Assembly (NCBI GenBank): GCA_037443445.1
Contig: JBBIOJ010000007.1
Coordinates: 5,383 to 69,382, forward strand
DNA: 64,000 nt
Reading direction: 5' to 3'
Source of the DNA: Desulfarculaceae bacterium
GTDB taxonomy: Bacteria; Desulfobacterota; Desulfocorpusculales; Desulfocorpusculum
Positions 38,873 to 49,763 of the stretch are shown here, piece after piece (the first letter of the stretch is position 1; each line of letters starts with the position of its first letter). The notes below the pieces were generated by a model, which was given only the letters and a program-made list of their open reading frames with translations, was not told where the DNA came from and did no database searches. A program made the position numbers and the translations under genes.

Positions 38873-39637
38873 ATGACTTTCAATGTCAGGTTTGAGAATC
38901 CCCAGGACGGCCCCAATGCATGGCCCTTTCGTAAAGAGCTGGTGGCCAGGACCATACTGGAGGAGGCTGCGGATTTGCTCGGCACACAGGAGTGCACAGC
39001 CTCCCAGTTGCAATACCTGAAGGAGAACCTGGAGGGTTATGCCGCCTGCTTTCCCCCAAGGCAAGAGGATGATGACCCGGCAGTGCAGATGCCCACCATC
39101 TTTTTTCGTCTGGGGCAACTGAACCCTTTAGAGTGCGGGGAATTCTGGCTTTCAGAGAGCCCGTCGATCTACAGGAGCAAGAGCTGGGAGGCTGCCTTCC
39201 CAAGGCTTTTCACTTACGGAAAGTTCCTGCATGTTCCAACCGGAAGGAAGTTCTGGTTTTCAAACACCCATCTGGACCATGTCTCTGCCCTGGCCCGCTC
39301 AATGGCCGCCAGGATGATCAGGGCCTGGGCAGTGGGAAGGAGGCTCCCCCTGGTGCTTGTGGGGGATTTCAACGAGGAGGCCGGGGGGCCCGTGCACCGG
39401 ATTCTGACCAGCGGGAAAAGAGGACTCAGGGATGTGTGGAGGCAGCACTCTCAGGCCCCTGGGCCCGAGCCCTCGACCATTCATCACTTCACAGGCAAGG
39501 GGGAGGGGGGACGCATAGACTGGATTCTTGCATCCAATCATTTCAAGGTGTTGGAGACTCACCTGGTCACAAGGCAGGAAGGGTTCCCCTCGGACCACTT
39601 CCCCTGCGTGGCCACCTTGCAACTTGGGGAGACCTGA
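38873..39637 (+). CDS. Endonuclease/exonuclease/phosphatase (EEP) family protein
   Basis: EEP fold motifs and the C-terminal SDHFP signature. Confidence 0.7.
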   Translation: MTFNVRFENPQDGPNAWPFRKELVARTILEEAADLLGTQECTASQLQYLKENLEGYAACFPPRQEDDDPAVQMPTIFFRLGQLNPLECGEFWLSESPSIYRSKSWEAAFPRLFTYGKFLHVPTGRKFWFSNTHLDHVSALARSMAARMIRAWAVGRRLPLVLVGDFNEEAGGPVHRILTSGKRGLRDVWRQHSQAPGPEPSTIHHFTGKGEGGRIDWILASNHFKVLETHLVTRQEGFPSDHFPCVATLQLGET

Positions 39638-39855
39638 GCAGGGCCAAAAAAGTTCCTGACAAGTCCCTTGACAGGGAAGAGGAAGTTGTGAAATCTACTG
39701 TAGACAATAGACAGAGCGGGCGCTTTTGTCTTGGTGCCCGGCCTTTTTAAGAGACTCGCAAGGAAAGGGAGCCTTGATCGCCGGGGCCAAGCCCCATGCC
39801 CGGGCCTGGAAGGCCCCTTTTGGGGCGAGTCCACACAAAGCCAGGAGGGAAGGCC

Positions 39856-40935
39856 ATGTGCAAGCTATGCAATGAAAGCAGGAGAGACTTCCTCAAGGGG
39901 CTGGCCATCGGAGGGGTGGCCTTAGGGACGGGCCTCTATCCCAGGGGCGGGCTTCTGGCACAAACCACCAAGCTCAAGTTCAGCACCTGGCACCCTCCTG
40001 TGAGCAGGGAGGTGAAGACCGTCTGGATTCCCATGATGGACAAGGTCAAGGAAAAAAGCGGCGGGAAGATTGACTACACCATGTACGCAGGTGCGGCCCT
40101 GGGCAAGGGTCCCGAGCACTTCGACATAGTGGCCAAGGGGCTTTCGGACCTGGGCTATTTCACCGCCACCTGGACCCCCGGGCGTTTCCCCCTGACAGAT
40201 GTCTTGTCCCTGGCCGTCTGGGTGGACGGAAAGGACATAGCAGCCGACATAGGAAATGCTGTGTACAACCGGATCCTGAAGGATGAGTTCAAGGACGTAA
40301 AGGTCCTGGAGCTGAACGGTTGCATTCAGTCCTTCATCTGGACCAAGAAGCCGATCCAGAAGATGGAGGATCTAAAGGGGTTGAAGCTCAGGTCCCCGGG
40401 AGGCCACCAGACCAACTACATCAAGGCCCTAGGTGCGGAACCCATCTTCATGCCTCTCGGGGACGTGTACATGGCCATAGAGACCGGCACAGTGGATGGG
40501 ATAGTGACCTGCCCTCCTTTGGTCGTGGCTTTCAAGCTTTTTGAGGTGGCCAAGTACGGGGCCATGGTGACCTTGGGCTGTGTTTCCGAGGGCACGGTGA
40601 TGAACCTGAATGTTTGGAACAAGTTGCCCGAGGATCAAAAAAAGCTGATAGAGGAGCTTTGTTCCAATCCCTTCAAGACCTCGGGAGGACTCACCCGGGC
40701 GGAGTATCCCAAGCTAATGCAGCAGATCGAAAAGGAAGGCGTGAAGCTGACCGAGGTGCCCAAGGCGGAGTCAAAGCGCTGGTACGAACAGTTCCAGGAA
40801 GTGACCCGCAAGTGGGCGGCCGAGCTGGAGGCCAAGGGCCTGCCTGCCAAAAAGGCCGTGGCCATAATGAACGAGGAGTGCGAGAAGAGGGGGATAGAGC
40901 TTGTGGCCTGTCCCCCTGAGTTCAGGAAAGTTTGA
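39856..40935 (+). CDS. dctP: TRAP transporter substrate-binding protein (DctP family, Tat signal), second system
   Basis: Twin-arginine motif RRDFLKGLAIGG. DctP fold. Confidence 0.8.
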   Translation: MCKLCNESRRDFLKGLAIGGVALGTGLYPRGGLLAQTTKLKFSTWHPPVSREVKTVWIPMMDKVKEKSGGKIDYTMYAGAALGKGPEHFDIVAKGLSDLGYFTATWTPGRFPLTDVLSLAVWVDGKDIAADIGNAVYNRILKDEFKDVKVLELNGCIQSFIWTKKPIQKMEDLKGLKLRSPGGHQTNYIKALGAEPIFMPLGDVYMAIETGTVDGIVTCPPLVVAFKLFEVAKYGAMVTLGCVSEGTVMNLNVWNKLPEDQKKLIEELCSNPFKTSGGLTRAEYPKLMQQIEKEGVKLTEVPKAESKRWYEQFQEVTRKWAAELEAKGLPAKKAVAIMNEECEKRGIELVACPPEFRKV

Positions 40936-41049
40936 GAAAGCCTGGCTGGTGCTCTTGCGGCCCGACCTGGACCGACAAAGGCAGCAAAAGACGGAAAACG
41001 GGAGGGGGAAACCCCTCCCATGCTGTTGTGGGATCGCCTCGGGGCCTCT

Positions 41050-41553
41050 ATGGGAATGGAAGTCCTCATGGAAAGATTTCGGGTATTGGTCAGGAAGCTG
41101 AGCTACGGGGCCTGTTTCATTGGCATGCTTTTCGCCTTGCCTCTCATGCTCTTGACAGTGGCGGATGTTGCGGGCCGGGTCTTTTTTGACAAGCCAATTC
41201 CAGGCAGCTTCGAGCTTTCAGAGTACATGCTCTCAGTGCTGATCCTCATGGGAGCGGCCTACACCCAGCATGTGAAAGGGCATGTCGGGGTGGACTTTCT
41301 GACCAAGAGATTCTCCTCCAAGCTTCAGGACCTTTGCGGGGTGATCACCACCCTGGCCTGTCTTTTCATAGTCTCCATCTTGGTCTGGCAAGGCTATGTG
41401 GATGCCATGGCAGAGACAGCCGTGTCGGACCAACTCAGGATTCCCCAGCGGCCCTTCAAGATGCTTGTGGCATTGGGGGGGGGGCTGCTTTTCATGGAGT
41501 TCGCGGTGGATCTCTGGGAGAAGCTAGAGAGGCTCATGGGGAGGCGGCCATGA
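41050..41553 (+). CDS. dctQ: TRAP transporter small permease (DctQ), second system
   Basis: Four-TM protein of about 165 aa. Its stop overlaps the dctM start. Confidence 0.6.
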   Translation: MGMEVLMERFRVLVRKLSYGACFIGMLFALPLMLLTVADVAGRVFFDKPIPGSFELSEYMLSVLILMGAAYTQHVKGHVGVDFLTKRFSSKLQDLCGVITTLACLFIVSILVWQGYVDAMAETAVSDQLRIPQRPFKMLVALGGGLLFMEFAVDLWEKLERLMGRRP

Positions 41554-42857
41554 GCCCGATTCTGGCCGGATTGCTGGGGAGCCTTCTTCTTGTTGTGCTG
41601 CTGCTCCTGGGCATGCCCATAGCCTTCATGATGATGTTCGTGGGCTTCCTGGGGATCTGGCATCTGACCTCTCTGGAGGCAGCACTTCCCATAGTGGCCA
41701 AGACCCTCTATGGGGTGGCGGCACACTACCCTTACACCATCATCCCGCTTTTCATCCTGATGGGAGGGTTTGCCAGCGCAGCCGGGATCACCAGGGAGCT
41801 CTACGAGACCTTCGACAAGTGGTTCAGGAGACTGCCGGGAGGTCTCGGGGTGGCCACCATAGCGGCCTGTGCCGGGTTCGCGGCGGTGAGCGGATCCTCT
41901 GTGGCGGCAGCGGCTGCCATGGGCAATGTGGCCCTCCCTGAGATGCGCCGTTTCGGCTATGCCCCCAGGCTGGCCACCGGGGTGGTGGCTGCCGGGGGAA
42001 CTCTGAGTTTCCTTATCCCGCCAAGCTTGGGCTTCGTGGTTTACGGGATGCTCACGGAACAGTCCATTGGAAAGCTTCTTATCTCAGGGATCTTCCCTGG
42101 GATCATACTGGCCGGGGCCTATGGGCTTGTGGTGGTTTTTTGGGCCAAGCTCAAGCCAGAGGCGGCTCCGGCCTCTCCTCAAAAAGTGGGTTTCAGGGAA
42201 AAGATCCTGGCTCTGAGGGGGATATGGGAGACCTTCCTTGTGTTCCTTCTTGTCATGGGAGGGATCTACCTGGGCTTCATCAACCCCACTGAGGCCGGGG
42301 CCATGGGGGCCTTTGCACTTCTGGTGATAGTGCTCTTGAAAAGGAAGCTCACCTGGGGGGCTGCCGTGGCCTCTCTTCTGGAAGCCGCGCGTATCTCCAT
42401 CATGGTGCTCTTCCTGGTGGCAGGAGCCACTGTTTTCAGCTACTTTCTGGCACTCTCCACAATACCGGCAGCTGTCTCGGGTTGGATAGCAGGGTTGGAG
42501 ATCTCCAGGTACGTGATACTGGCCATAATAATTCTCATCTATTTCTTTCTGGGCTGCTTTCTGGATGCGGTATCAATGATGGTGCTGACCCTTCCTGTGA
42601 TATTCCCGGTGATACTGGCTCTAAACTTTCATCCCATATGGTTCGGAGTTGTGGCCATACTCATGATGGAGGCGGGCCTCATAACCCCACCGGTTGGGCT
42701 GAATGTTTACACCTTGGCCGGGGTGGCCAAGGATGTGCCGATGGCGGAGATTTTCAGAGGGGCCGTGCCCTTTCTCATGGCCATTGTCTTGACCGCAGTG
42801 ATCCTCACGGCGTTTCCAAAGATTGCGCTTTACCTGCCTGGTCTCATGGGCCGGTAA
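41550..42857 (+). CDS. dctM: TRAP transporter large permease (DctM), second system
   Basis: Start is MSPILAGLLGSLLLVV. DctM fold. Confidence 0.8.
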   Translation: MSPILAGLLGSLLLVVLLLLGMPIAFMMMFVGFLGIWHLTSLEAALPIVAKTLYGVAAHYPYTIIPLFILMGGFASAAGITRELYETFDKWFRRLPGGLGVATIAACAGFAAVSGSSVAAAAAMGNVALPEMRRFGYAPRLATGVVAAGGTLSFLIPPSLGFVVYGMLTEQSIGKLLISGIFPGIILAGAYGLVVVFWAKLKPEAAPASPQKVGFREKILALRGIWETFLVFLLVMGGIYLGFINPTEAGAMGAFALLVIVLLKRKLTWGAAVASLLEAARISIMVLFLVAGATVFSYFLALSTIPAAVSGWIAGLEISRYVILAIIILIYFFLGCFLDAVSMMVLTLPVIFPVILALNFHPIWFGVVAILMMEAGLITPPVGLNVYTLAGVAKDVPMAEIFRGAVPFLMAIVLTAVILTAFPKIALYLPGLMGR

Positions 42858-42869
42858 AGGAGGTCGGGC

Positions 42870-43619
42870 ATGACTAACTCGAGGTACAAGGAGGCCAGAT
42901 CCACCCCACAGGTGGTTTCTCTAGTGGATTATGCCTTGGAATACCTGGCAGAGGCCATAATCTCGGGCAGGTTGAGCCCTGGGCAACAGATAAAGGAGGA
43001 GGTGGTGGCCTCCAGGCTGGGTATAAGCCGCCCCCCCCTCAGGGAGGCCCTCAAGGCCCTGGAAATGGAAGGCCTGGTGGTGAGAAAGCCCAGAAAGGGG
43101 GTCTTTGTCTCTGAGATCAGAGAACAGGATGTCTGGGAGATCTATACCCTGAAGATGGCCTTGTATGGGCTTGCCACGTCTTTGGCGCTGGGGAAAGCCG
43201 CCCCCAAGGATCTCCAGAGGCTGGAGCGAACAGTGGAGCGCATGGAGGGCTGCCTGGCCAGGAGACCCCCAGATGTGTCCCGCTACCAGCTTTACCACGA
43301 GGAGTTCCACGGCCTCATCATGGACATGGCCGGAAACGAGAGACTAAAGAGGATTGCCTGGAGCCTCCACAAACAGGTCAAGCGCTTCAGCTACCGGTCC
43401 TTGATCCACGAGGGGCACCTGAGGAACTCCTGCAGGAGGCACAGGGAGATACTCCAGGCATTGCGGGAGAAAGACCCCGGGAAGGCGGAAGACTTGAGCA
43501 GGAAGCATGTCATGGAAGCCCTGGAGTTCCTGCTCGGGGTTCTCTCCGGGGGCCTCAGCTCCTTCGCGGAAAAGGGCCGTATCGAGCCTCTCAGGACCGT
43601 GCAAGGCGCTGTTTCTTGA
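42870..43619 (+). CDS. GntR-family transcriptional regulator (FadR/FCD subfamily)
   Basis: N-terminal GntR wHTH and a C-terminal FCD domain. Confidence 0.8.
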   Translation: MTNSRYKEARSTPQVVSLVDYALEYLAEAIISGRLSPGQQIKEEVVASRLGISRPPLREALKALEMEGLVVRKPRKGVFVSEIREQDVWEIYTLKMALYGLATSLALGKAAPKDLQRLERTVERMEGCLARRPPDVSRYQLYHEEFHGLIMDMAGNERLKRIAWSLHKQVKRFSYRSLIHEGHLRNSCRRHREILQALREKDPGKAEDLSRKHVMEALEFLLGVLSGGLSSFAEKGRIEPLRTVQGAVS

Positions 43620-43670
43620 TACTGCTCTAAGCGGCAAGAGCCATTCAATCCAGACAGGGGGGCTGCGTAA

Positions 43671-45224
43671 ATGACGGCTTCAAACCATGAACCCAGAAGG
43701 CTCAAGATTTACATCAACGGAAACTGGCTCGATTCAGAGACTCAAGAGTGGCTGGAGGTCAGAAATCCGGCAACGGATCAGGTCATAGCCTTGTGCCCTG
43801 AGGTGACCAAGGCTGAGATAGATCAAGCGGTGAGGGCGGCCCAGGAAGCCTTCTGGAGCTGGCGGATGACCCCTGCTCCCAGGAGGGCCAAACTCTTGTT
43901 CGAATTCCACAGGAGACTGCAGGAACATCAAGAAGAACTGGCCCGCCTCATAGTGAACGAGCACGGCAAGACCCTCTCGGACGCCATGGGGGAGCTCACG
44001 CGCTCATTTGAGTATGTGGAACATGCCTGCGCTGGGCCTGAACTGCTCAAAGGCGCCCATGCAGAGAATGTGGGAAGCGGAGTGGACACCCTGTACGTGA
44101 GGGAGCCCCTGGGCCCCTTTGTTTTCCTCCCCCCCTTTAACTTCCCGGCCATGATAGCCCTGTACTTCGTTTGGGCCATAGCCGCGGGCAACACAGCCAT
44201 TATCAAGGCCAGCCGCCTCTGCCCCATGACCGTGGTGCGCATCGTGGAGCTGGCTCACGAGTGCGGGTTCCCCAAAGGGGTCATAAACCTCCTGACTGGA
44301 TCAGGCAGGGGTGTGGGAAACCTCCTGGTGGTGCATCCGGGCACGGTGGGTGTGAGCTTTGTAGGTTCCTCAAGGGTGGGGGAGGAGGTCTACAAGATGG
44401 CCATACTTCACGGGAAAAGGGCCCAGTGTCAGGGGGGGGCCAAGAACCACGTGCTCATAGCCAAGGATGCCTTCCTGGATGAGGTTATCCCCAATGTGGT
44501 GGCCTCCTGCTTCGGCCACGTGGGGGAGCGTTGCTTTGCAGTGTCCAACGTGCTGGCGGTTGAAGAGGTGTACGAGGAGGTAAAGGAACGTTTTCTGGAA
44601 GAGTCAAGGAAACTCGTCTTGGGCTATGGTATGGATCCCAAGGTGAGCCTGGGGCCTGTGATCTCCAAGGAGGCGCTCCAGTCCATGCACCAGGAAATAG
44701 AAAGGGCTTTGGGGGAAGGGGCCAGGCTTCTCCTGGACGGCCGGAACCCTCAGGTGGAGGGGTACCCCAACGGGTATTTCCTGGGGCCTACGGTGTTGGA
44801 GGCAGAGCCGGAGATGAGGGTCTTCCAGGAGGAGATTTTCGGGCCTGTGCGTTGCCTAAAAAAGGTGAAAGGCCTGGCCGAAGGCGTGGAAATAATCAAT
44901 AGAAGTCCTTTTGGCCACACAGCCAACCTTTACACTGAAAACGGAGGCTGGGCCAGGGAGTTCGCCCTAAGGGTGAACGTGGGCCAGGTGGGCATAAACA
45001 TAGGCACCCCGGCTCCCATAGCCTATTTCCCTGTGGGGGGACGCAAGATTTCCATGTTCGGGGACATCAGGGGGAGGGCCAACGAGGCCATAGACTTTTA
45101 CACGGACAAGAAGGTGATCATAAGCCGATGGCATTCTTCCATAGGCGGTAAGGCAGGCTCTTTGGACGACGGCTTTGCCATGAGCTATGGGCCGGCAAGC
45201 ACCGGGGGGAAAAGGGGGGCATGA
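43671..45224 (+). CDS. Aldehyde dehydrogenase, methylmalonate-semialdehyde dehydrogenase (CoA-acylating)-like
   Basis: ALDH fold with catalytic Cys in GERCFAVS and NAD-binding motifs. MMSDH-like features. Confidence 0.75.
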   Translation: MTASNHEPRRLKIYINGNWLDSETQEWLEVRNPATDQVIALCPEVTKAEIDQAVRAAQEAFWSWRMTPAPRRAKLLFEFHRRLQEHQEELARLIVNEHGKTLSDAMGELTRSFEYVEHACAGPELLKGAHAENVGSGVDTLYVREPLGPFVFLPPFNFPAMIALYFVWAIAAGNTAIIKASRLCPMTVVRIVELAHECGFPKGVINLLTGSGRGVGNLLVVHPGTVGVSFVGSSRVGEEVYKMAILHGKRAQCQGGAKNHVLIAKDAFLDEVIPNVVASCFGHVGERCFAVSNVLAVEEVYEEVKERFLEESRKLVLGYGMDPKVSLGPVISKEALQSMHQEIERALGEGARLLLDGRNPQVEGYPNGYFLGPTVLEAEPEMRVFQEEIFGPVRCLKKVKGLAEGVEIINRSPFGHTANLYTENGGWAREFALRVNVGQVGINIGTPAPIAYFPVGGRKISMFGDIRGRANEAIDFYTDKKVIISRWHSSIGGKAGSLDDGFAMSYGPASTGGKRGA

Positions 45225-45365
45225 AGGGGTTGAACCGAGCCTGCTCAGCAAGTGCCTAAGGCAACAACGCTGGAGGGGGCAGGTGGGCTTGGGGTAGGCC
45301 CAAGGCCATCCAGGTCACAAACCCGGGGAGCAGGACTCCCACTCTCTTGCAAAAGGAGGACGGCC

Positions 45366-46121
45366 ATGAAGCAGGTTCTAACTTTCTCCATGATAGCCGC
45401 TTTGGTGGGGATGCTTTTGGCATGGCCACAGGCAATGGCTCAGGGGCCCAAGGTCCAGGGGGGCAAGGCCGCCCAGGCCCAATCCAAGGTAGGGGTGATA
45501 GTGGTGGACGTGCAGGGGGATTTCACCCAGTGGAAAAAAGGCTCTCTGGCTGTGCCCGGCACAGATAAGGCCTTTGTGGAAAAGGTTCGCAAGGCCACAG
45601 CCGCACTGGGCAAGGCAGGCTTTACCCTTTATGCCACCCAGGACTGGCACCCCTCTGATCATGTCTCCTTTTTCACCAACCATCCGGGCAAAAAGGCTTT
45701 TGACCTCATCAAGGTGGGCACCAAGGATCAGGTGCTTTGGCCCCCTCACTGCGTGCAAGGCACAGAGGGAGCCAGGGTGCTGGTGGACAACGATCTCTTC
45801 CTGGCCATCGTGAAGAAGGGGCAGGACAAGAACTTTGACAGCTACTCTGGGTTTCAGGACGATGGCGGGGCCAAGACCGAGATGGAGCGAATCCTCAAGG
45901 CCCGAGGCATAGAAAGGCTCATCATCTATGGGATAGCCACTGACTACTGCGTGAAAGCCACAGCCTTGGATGCGCTCGCAGCCGGGTTCAAGGTGACAGT
46001 GGTGGAAGAGCTCTGCCGGGGGGTGGCTCCCGAGACCACGGCCAAGGCCTTGGAGGAGATGAAAGCCAAAGGCGTCACTGTGCTCAAGTCTTTGGACCTG
46101 GAAGCCTTGAAGAGGATGTGA
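45366..46121 (+). CDS. pncA: Nicotinamidase/pyrazinamidase (isochorismatase family, PncA-like), with a signal peptide
   Basis: Motifs VVDVQGDF, ATQDWHPSDHVSF, WPPHCVQGTEGA and GIATDYCV, covering the catalytic D/K/C triad and metal ligands of PncA. Confidence 0.7.
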   Translation: MKQVLTFSMIAALVGMLLAWPQAMAQGPKVQGGKAAQAQSKVGVIVVDVQGDFTQWKKGSLAVPGTDKAFVEKVRKATAALGKAGFTLYATQDWHPSDHVSFFTNHPGKKAFDLIKVGTKDQVLWPPHCVQGTEGARVLVDNDLFLAIVKKGQDKNFDSYSGFQDDGGAKTEMERILKARGIERLIIYGIATDYCVKATALDALAAGFKVTVVEELCRGVAPETTAKALEEMKAKGVTVLKSLDLEALKRM

Positions 46122-46633
46122 CCGTGGAATGGGAGGAGCAAGAATCCCCTGCTCCCATCGGGGTGCGCTTCAGGCTGAACGGTCGGGAGGTGGCCCTGGA
46201 GGTTAGCCCCGGGGAGAGCCTGCTTTACCTGCTCAGGGAGAGGCTTGGTCTGAGGGGTACCAAGGAGGGGTGTGGCATCGGGGAGTGCGGGGCCTGCACC
46301 GTGGTGGTGGATGGGAAGGCTGCCAATGCCTGTCTCATGATGGCTGCACAGCTGGATGGAAGGGAGGTCCTGACAGTGGAGGGTCTGGAAAGCCCTGTGG
46401 GCCTTCACCCCCTGCAGGAGGCCTTCCTGGAACACCATGCCGTGCAATGTGGCTTTTGCACCCCGGGGATGCTCATGAGCTCGTACGCCTTGCTTTCATG
46501 CAATCCCAAACCCACAAGGGATCAGATCGTGGAGGCCCTGGCAGGGAACCTATGCCGCTGTACAGGCTACGAGCAGGTCCTGGAGGCTGTGGAGGCTGCT
46601 GCCAGGAGACTGGCCAATGGAAGGGGAAGGTGA
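46118..46633 (+). CDS. Molybdenum hydroxylase small subunit (2x[2Fe-2S]; CoxS/XdhC/NdhS-like)
   Basis: Motifs CGIGECGACTV and CGFCTPGM...CRCTGY. Confidence 0.85.
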   Translation: MTVEWEEQESPAPIGVRFRLNGREVALEVSPGESLLYLLRERLGLRGTKEGCGIGECGACTVVVDGKAANACLMMAAQLDGREVLTVEGLESPVGLHPLQEAFLEHHAVQCGFCTPGMLMSSYALLSCNPKPTRDQIVEALAGNLCRCTGYEQVLEAVEAAARRLANGRGR

Positions 46634-47490
46634 GGGGGACTTTCGCATATCACCGACCGAGTGACCTGGACGGGGCTCTGGAGCTCATGGATGAGTTGGG
46701 GGGGCAGGCCCTTCCCCTGGCAGGTGGGACCGACCTCATGGTGGAAATGCGAGAGGGGAAATACAGGGGTTACCACCTGGTGGATATCAGTAGGCTCCCC
46801 GAACTCAAGCTCCTGGAGCTACAGGATGGGGAGATTCACCTGGGGGCCGGCCTCACCTTCACCGAGATCTCGGGCTCGGAGCTTCTCAGGCTGCACGCCC
46901 CTGCCCTCGTGCAGGCAGCTTCCCAGATAGGGAGCCTCCAGATACGCAATGTGGCCACATTGGGAGGGAACGTGGTGCATTGCTCCCCCTGCGCGGACAG
47001 CGTGCCTGGGTTGTTGGTGCAGGACGCCAGGGCAATCTTGAGAAGTCTGGGAGGTACACGGGAGGTGCCGCTTCAGGAAATCCTTGTGGGGCCTTACAAG
47101 AGCGGTATACAGGCCGGGGAACTCCTGACTTGTTTCTGCCTCAGAAGCGCCTCAGGCATGTGGGGGGCCTTCCACAAGCTGGCCAGGAGAAGCTCCCTGG
47201 CCATAGCCAGGTTGAGCTTGGCAGTTCTGACAAGGCAGGGAGAAGAGGGGTTGAGTGATGTGCGGATCGCCCTTGGCTCTGGGACTCCTGTGCCACGCCG
47301 CATGGTGGAGGCTGAGGAGTTCCTCCTGGGCAAGGCCCCAAGAGAAAAGGATCTTTGGGAGGCAGGCCGTGTGCTGGCCTCAAAGATGGTGGAGGTGACC
47401 GGCAAAAGGCCTTCCACTGTTTACAAGGAGAAGGCGGCTCAGGGCCTCCTGGTCCAGGCCATGCTGCCCTTGGTGAGACATGGGAACTGA
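46630..47490 (+). CDS. Molybdenum hydroxylase FAD-binding medium subunit (CoxM-like)
   Basis: Probable GTG start overlapping the small-subunit stop. FAD-binding domain of the CO dehydrogenase flavoprotein family (AGGTDLMVEM). Confidence 0.65.
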   Translation: MRGTFAYHRPSDLDGALELMDELGGQALPLAGGTDLMVEMREGKYRGYHLVDISRLPELKLLELQDGEIHLGAGLTFTEISGSELLRLHAPALVQAASQIGSLQIRNVATLGGNVVHCSPCADSVPGLLVQDARAILRSLGGTREVPLQEILVGPYKSGIQAGELLTCFCLRSASGMWGAFHKLARRSSLAIARLSLAVLTRQGEEGLSDVRIALGSGTPVPRRMVEAEEFLLGKAPREKDLWEAGRVLASKMVEVTGKRPSTVYKEKAAQGLLVQAMLPLVRHGN

Positions 47491-49762
47491 GTTGGAATGG
47501 ATCTCCAGGTCCGTGCCCAGGATCGGTGCGCTGGAGCGCTTGAGGGGCATGCCCATTTTCGGTGCGGACATCCAGCTGGAAGATTGTCTGGTGCTCAGGG
47601 TATTCAGGAGCCACAGGCCTCATGCCAAGATCATGGAGCTGGACGTGGAAGAGGCCAGGAAGCTCCGGGGTGTGGAGGGGGTGTTCACAGCTAGGGATAT
47701 CCCCGGCAAAAACCTCATGGGCCTCATCACCAAGGACCAGCCGCTTCTGGCCCAAGACAGGGTGCGTTTCGTGGGAGACCCGGTGGCCTTGGTGGCCGCC
47801 AGGGACGAGGAGTCTGCCCAGAGGGGTTTGGAGGCCATAAGGGTCAGGTACCAGGAGCTCCCAAGCATCTTCTCTCCTGAGGAGGCCCTGGCCGAGGGGG
47901 CCGTGGCCATCCACGACAAGGGCAACCTGCTTCACAGAAGAGTGGTGCGAAAGGGGGATGCGGCCTCTGCCATGGAGAGGGCCGCCGTGGTGGTGGAGCG
48001 CACTTACCGAACCCCTCACATCGAGCACACTTACCTGGAGCCAGATGCCGGGGTCGGGTACCGGGAGTGGGACGGCACCTTGGTGATTCTGGCCTCCACA
48101 CAGAACCCCCACTATGACCAGAAGGAGGTGGCAGGGCTCCTGGGCCTGCAGGAGGAGAAGGTAAGGGTCATACAGGCTGCCACAGGGGGAGGGTTCGGCT
48201 CCAAGCTGGATCTCACAGTGCAGGGGTTCATAGGGCTTGCCCTGTACCACTTGGGAAGGCCGGTGCGTTTGGTCTTCACTCGGGAGGAGGCATACCTGGC
48301 CACTCCCAAGCGCCATCCCCTCACCATATGGATGAGGACAGGGGCTGACTCCAAGGGCAAGCTCCTGGCCCTCCAGGCCAGGATAGTGTGTGACACAGGA
48401 GCCTACTCCTCTTACGGGGTGGCAGTTGCCACCAGGGCCGCCATCCACGCCACTGGACCCTACGAGGTGGAAAACGTGGAGGTGGAGAGCCTGGCCGTTT
48501 ACACCAACAATCCCATAGCCGGTGCCATGAGGGGTTTCGGGGTTCCCCAGGTGGCCTTTGCCCATGAATCCCAGATGGATCTCTTGGCCCAGGAGCTTGG
48601 GATGGATCCTCTCCAGATCCGCCTCAGAAACGCTTTTCAGGAGGGATCCTCCACCGCAACGGGCCAGAAGCTGGGCTCCAGCGTTGGAATCCTGGAGTGC
48701 CTGGAGGCCCTGGAGCCCCATTATCGTGAGGCTGTAAGCTCCTGGAAGGGCTCGGGCGGCTCCAGGTACCTGAGAAGAGGTGTTGGGCTTGGGGCCATGT
48801 GGTACGGCATAGGCAACACAGGGGTCCAAAACCCGTCCACTGCCAGGGTTGAGCTGGACGATGACGGCCGTGTCACGCTTTATATAGGGGCGGCTGACAT
48901 GGGGCAGGGCTCCACAACGGTCCTGGCCCAGATAGCAGCCCAGGTGCTGGGCATGCAGCCAGAGAGGCTAAGACTGGTGGTGGCGGACACTGCACGCACT
49001 TCCAATGCCGGGGCTTCCTCTGCCAGCCGCCAGACATACATATCAGGCAATGCCGTGCTGGAGGCCTGTGCCAAGCTGGCCCAGGTGCTCCTCACAGAGG
49101 CTTCGGACATGCTCAGGGCCCCCAAGCACACACTTCTGCTCAAGGGTGAGGGGGTGGCTGACTCCACGGATCCCCAAAGGAGTGTCTCTTTCATGGAGCT
49201 GGCACAAAGGGCCAGGAAAAAGAACATACCCCTGTCCTGGCAAGGCTACTTCGATCCAGAGACTACCCCCCTTGACCCGGAGACCGGCCAGGGAATCCCC
49301 TACGCCACTTACGCCTTTGCATGTCAGATGGCCCAGGTGGAAGTGGATGTGCTCACGGGCAGGGTGAGGGTTCGCAGGGTCGCGGCTGCACACGATGTGG
49401 GAAGGGCAGTGCACCCCGAGGCGGTGAAGGGGCAGATCCTGGGAGGGGTGGCCATGGGCTTGGGCTTCGCGCTCATGGAGGAGTTCGTTCCCGGCTCCAC
49501 TGTATCCATGAAGGACTATCACATCCCCACTGCTGCGGACATGCCCGAGGTGGTTCCCATCATAGTAGAAGCTCCAGAGCCCACAGGTCCTTTTGGGGCA
49601 AAGGGAGTGGGGGAGCCTGCCCTGATCCCAACCGCCCCGGCCATCCTGAATGCCATAGCCGATGCCTTGGGGGAGCGGATATACCAGCTGCCCGCCAATC
49701 TGGAGAGGGTGCTGGAGGCCTGCATCAGGGCAGGCCATTTTCCAAGCATGGAGGTCAAGTGA
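47480..49762 (+). CDS. Molybdenum hydroxylase large (molybdopterin-binding) subunit, xanthine dehydrogenase family
   Basis: 760 aa with aldehyde oxidase/xanthine dehydrogenase a/b hammerhead and MoCo-binding domains. Confidence 0.85.
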   Translation: MGTELEWISRSVPRIGALERLRGMPIFGADIQLEDCLVLRVFRSHRPHAKIMELDVEEARKLRGVEGVFTARDIPGKNLMGLITKDQPLLAQDRVRFVGDPVALVAARDEESAQRGLEAIRVRYQELPSIFSPEEALAEGAVAIHDKGNLLHRRVVRKGDAASAMERAAVVVERTYRTPHIEHTYLEPDAGVGYREWDGTLVILASTQNPHYDQKEVAGLLGLQEEKVRVIQAATGGGFGSKLDLTVQGFIGLALYHLGRPVRLVFTREEAYLATPKRHPLTIWMRTGADSKGKLLALQARIVCDTGAYSSYGVAVATRAAIHATGPYEVENVEVESLAVYTNNPIAGAMRGFGVPQVAFAHESQMDLLAQELGMDPLQIRLRNAFQEGSSTATGQKLGSSVGILECLEALEPHYREAVSSWKGSGGSRYLRRGVGLGAMWYGIGNTGVQNPSTARVELDDDGRVTLYIGAADMGQGSTTVLAQIAAQVLGMQPERLRLVVADTARTSNAGASSASRQTYISGNAVLEACAKLAQVLLTEASDMLRAPKHTLLLKGEGVADSTDPQRSVSFMELAQRARKKNIPLSWQGYFDPETTPLDPETGQGIPYATYAFACQMAQVEVDVLTGRVRVRRVAAAHDVGRAVHPEAVKGQILGGVAMGLGFALMEEFVPGSTVSMKDYHIPTAADMPEVVPIIVEAPEPTGPFGAKGVGEPALIPTAPAILNAIADALGERIYQLPANLERVLEACIRAGHFPSMEVK

Positions 49763-49763
49763 C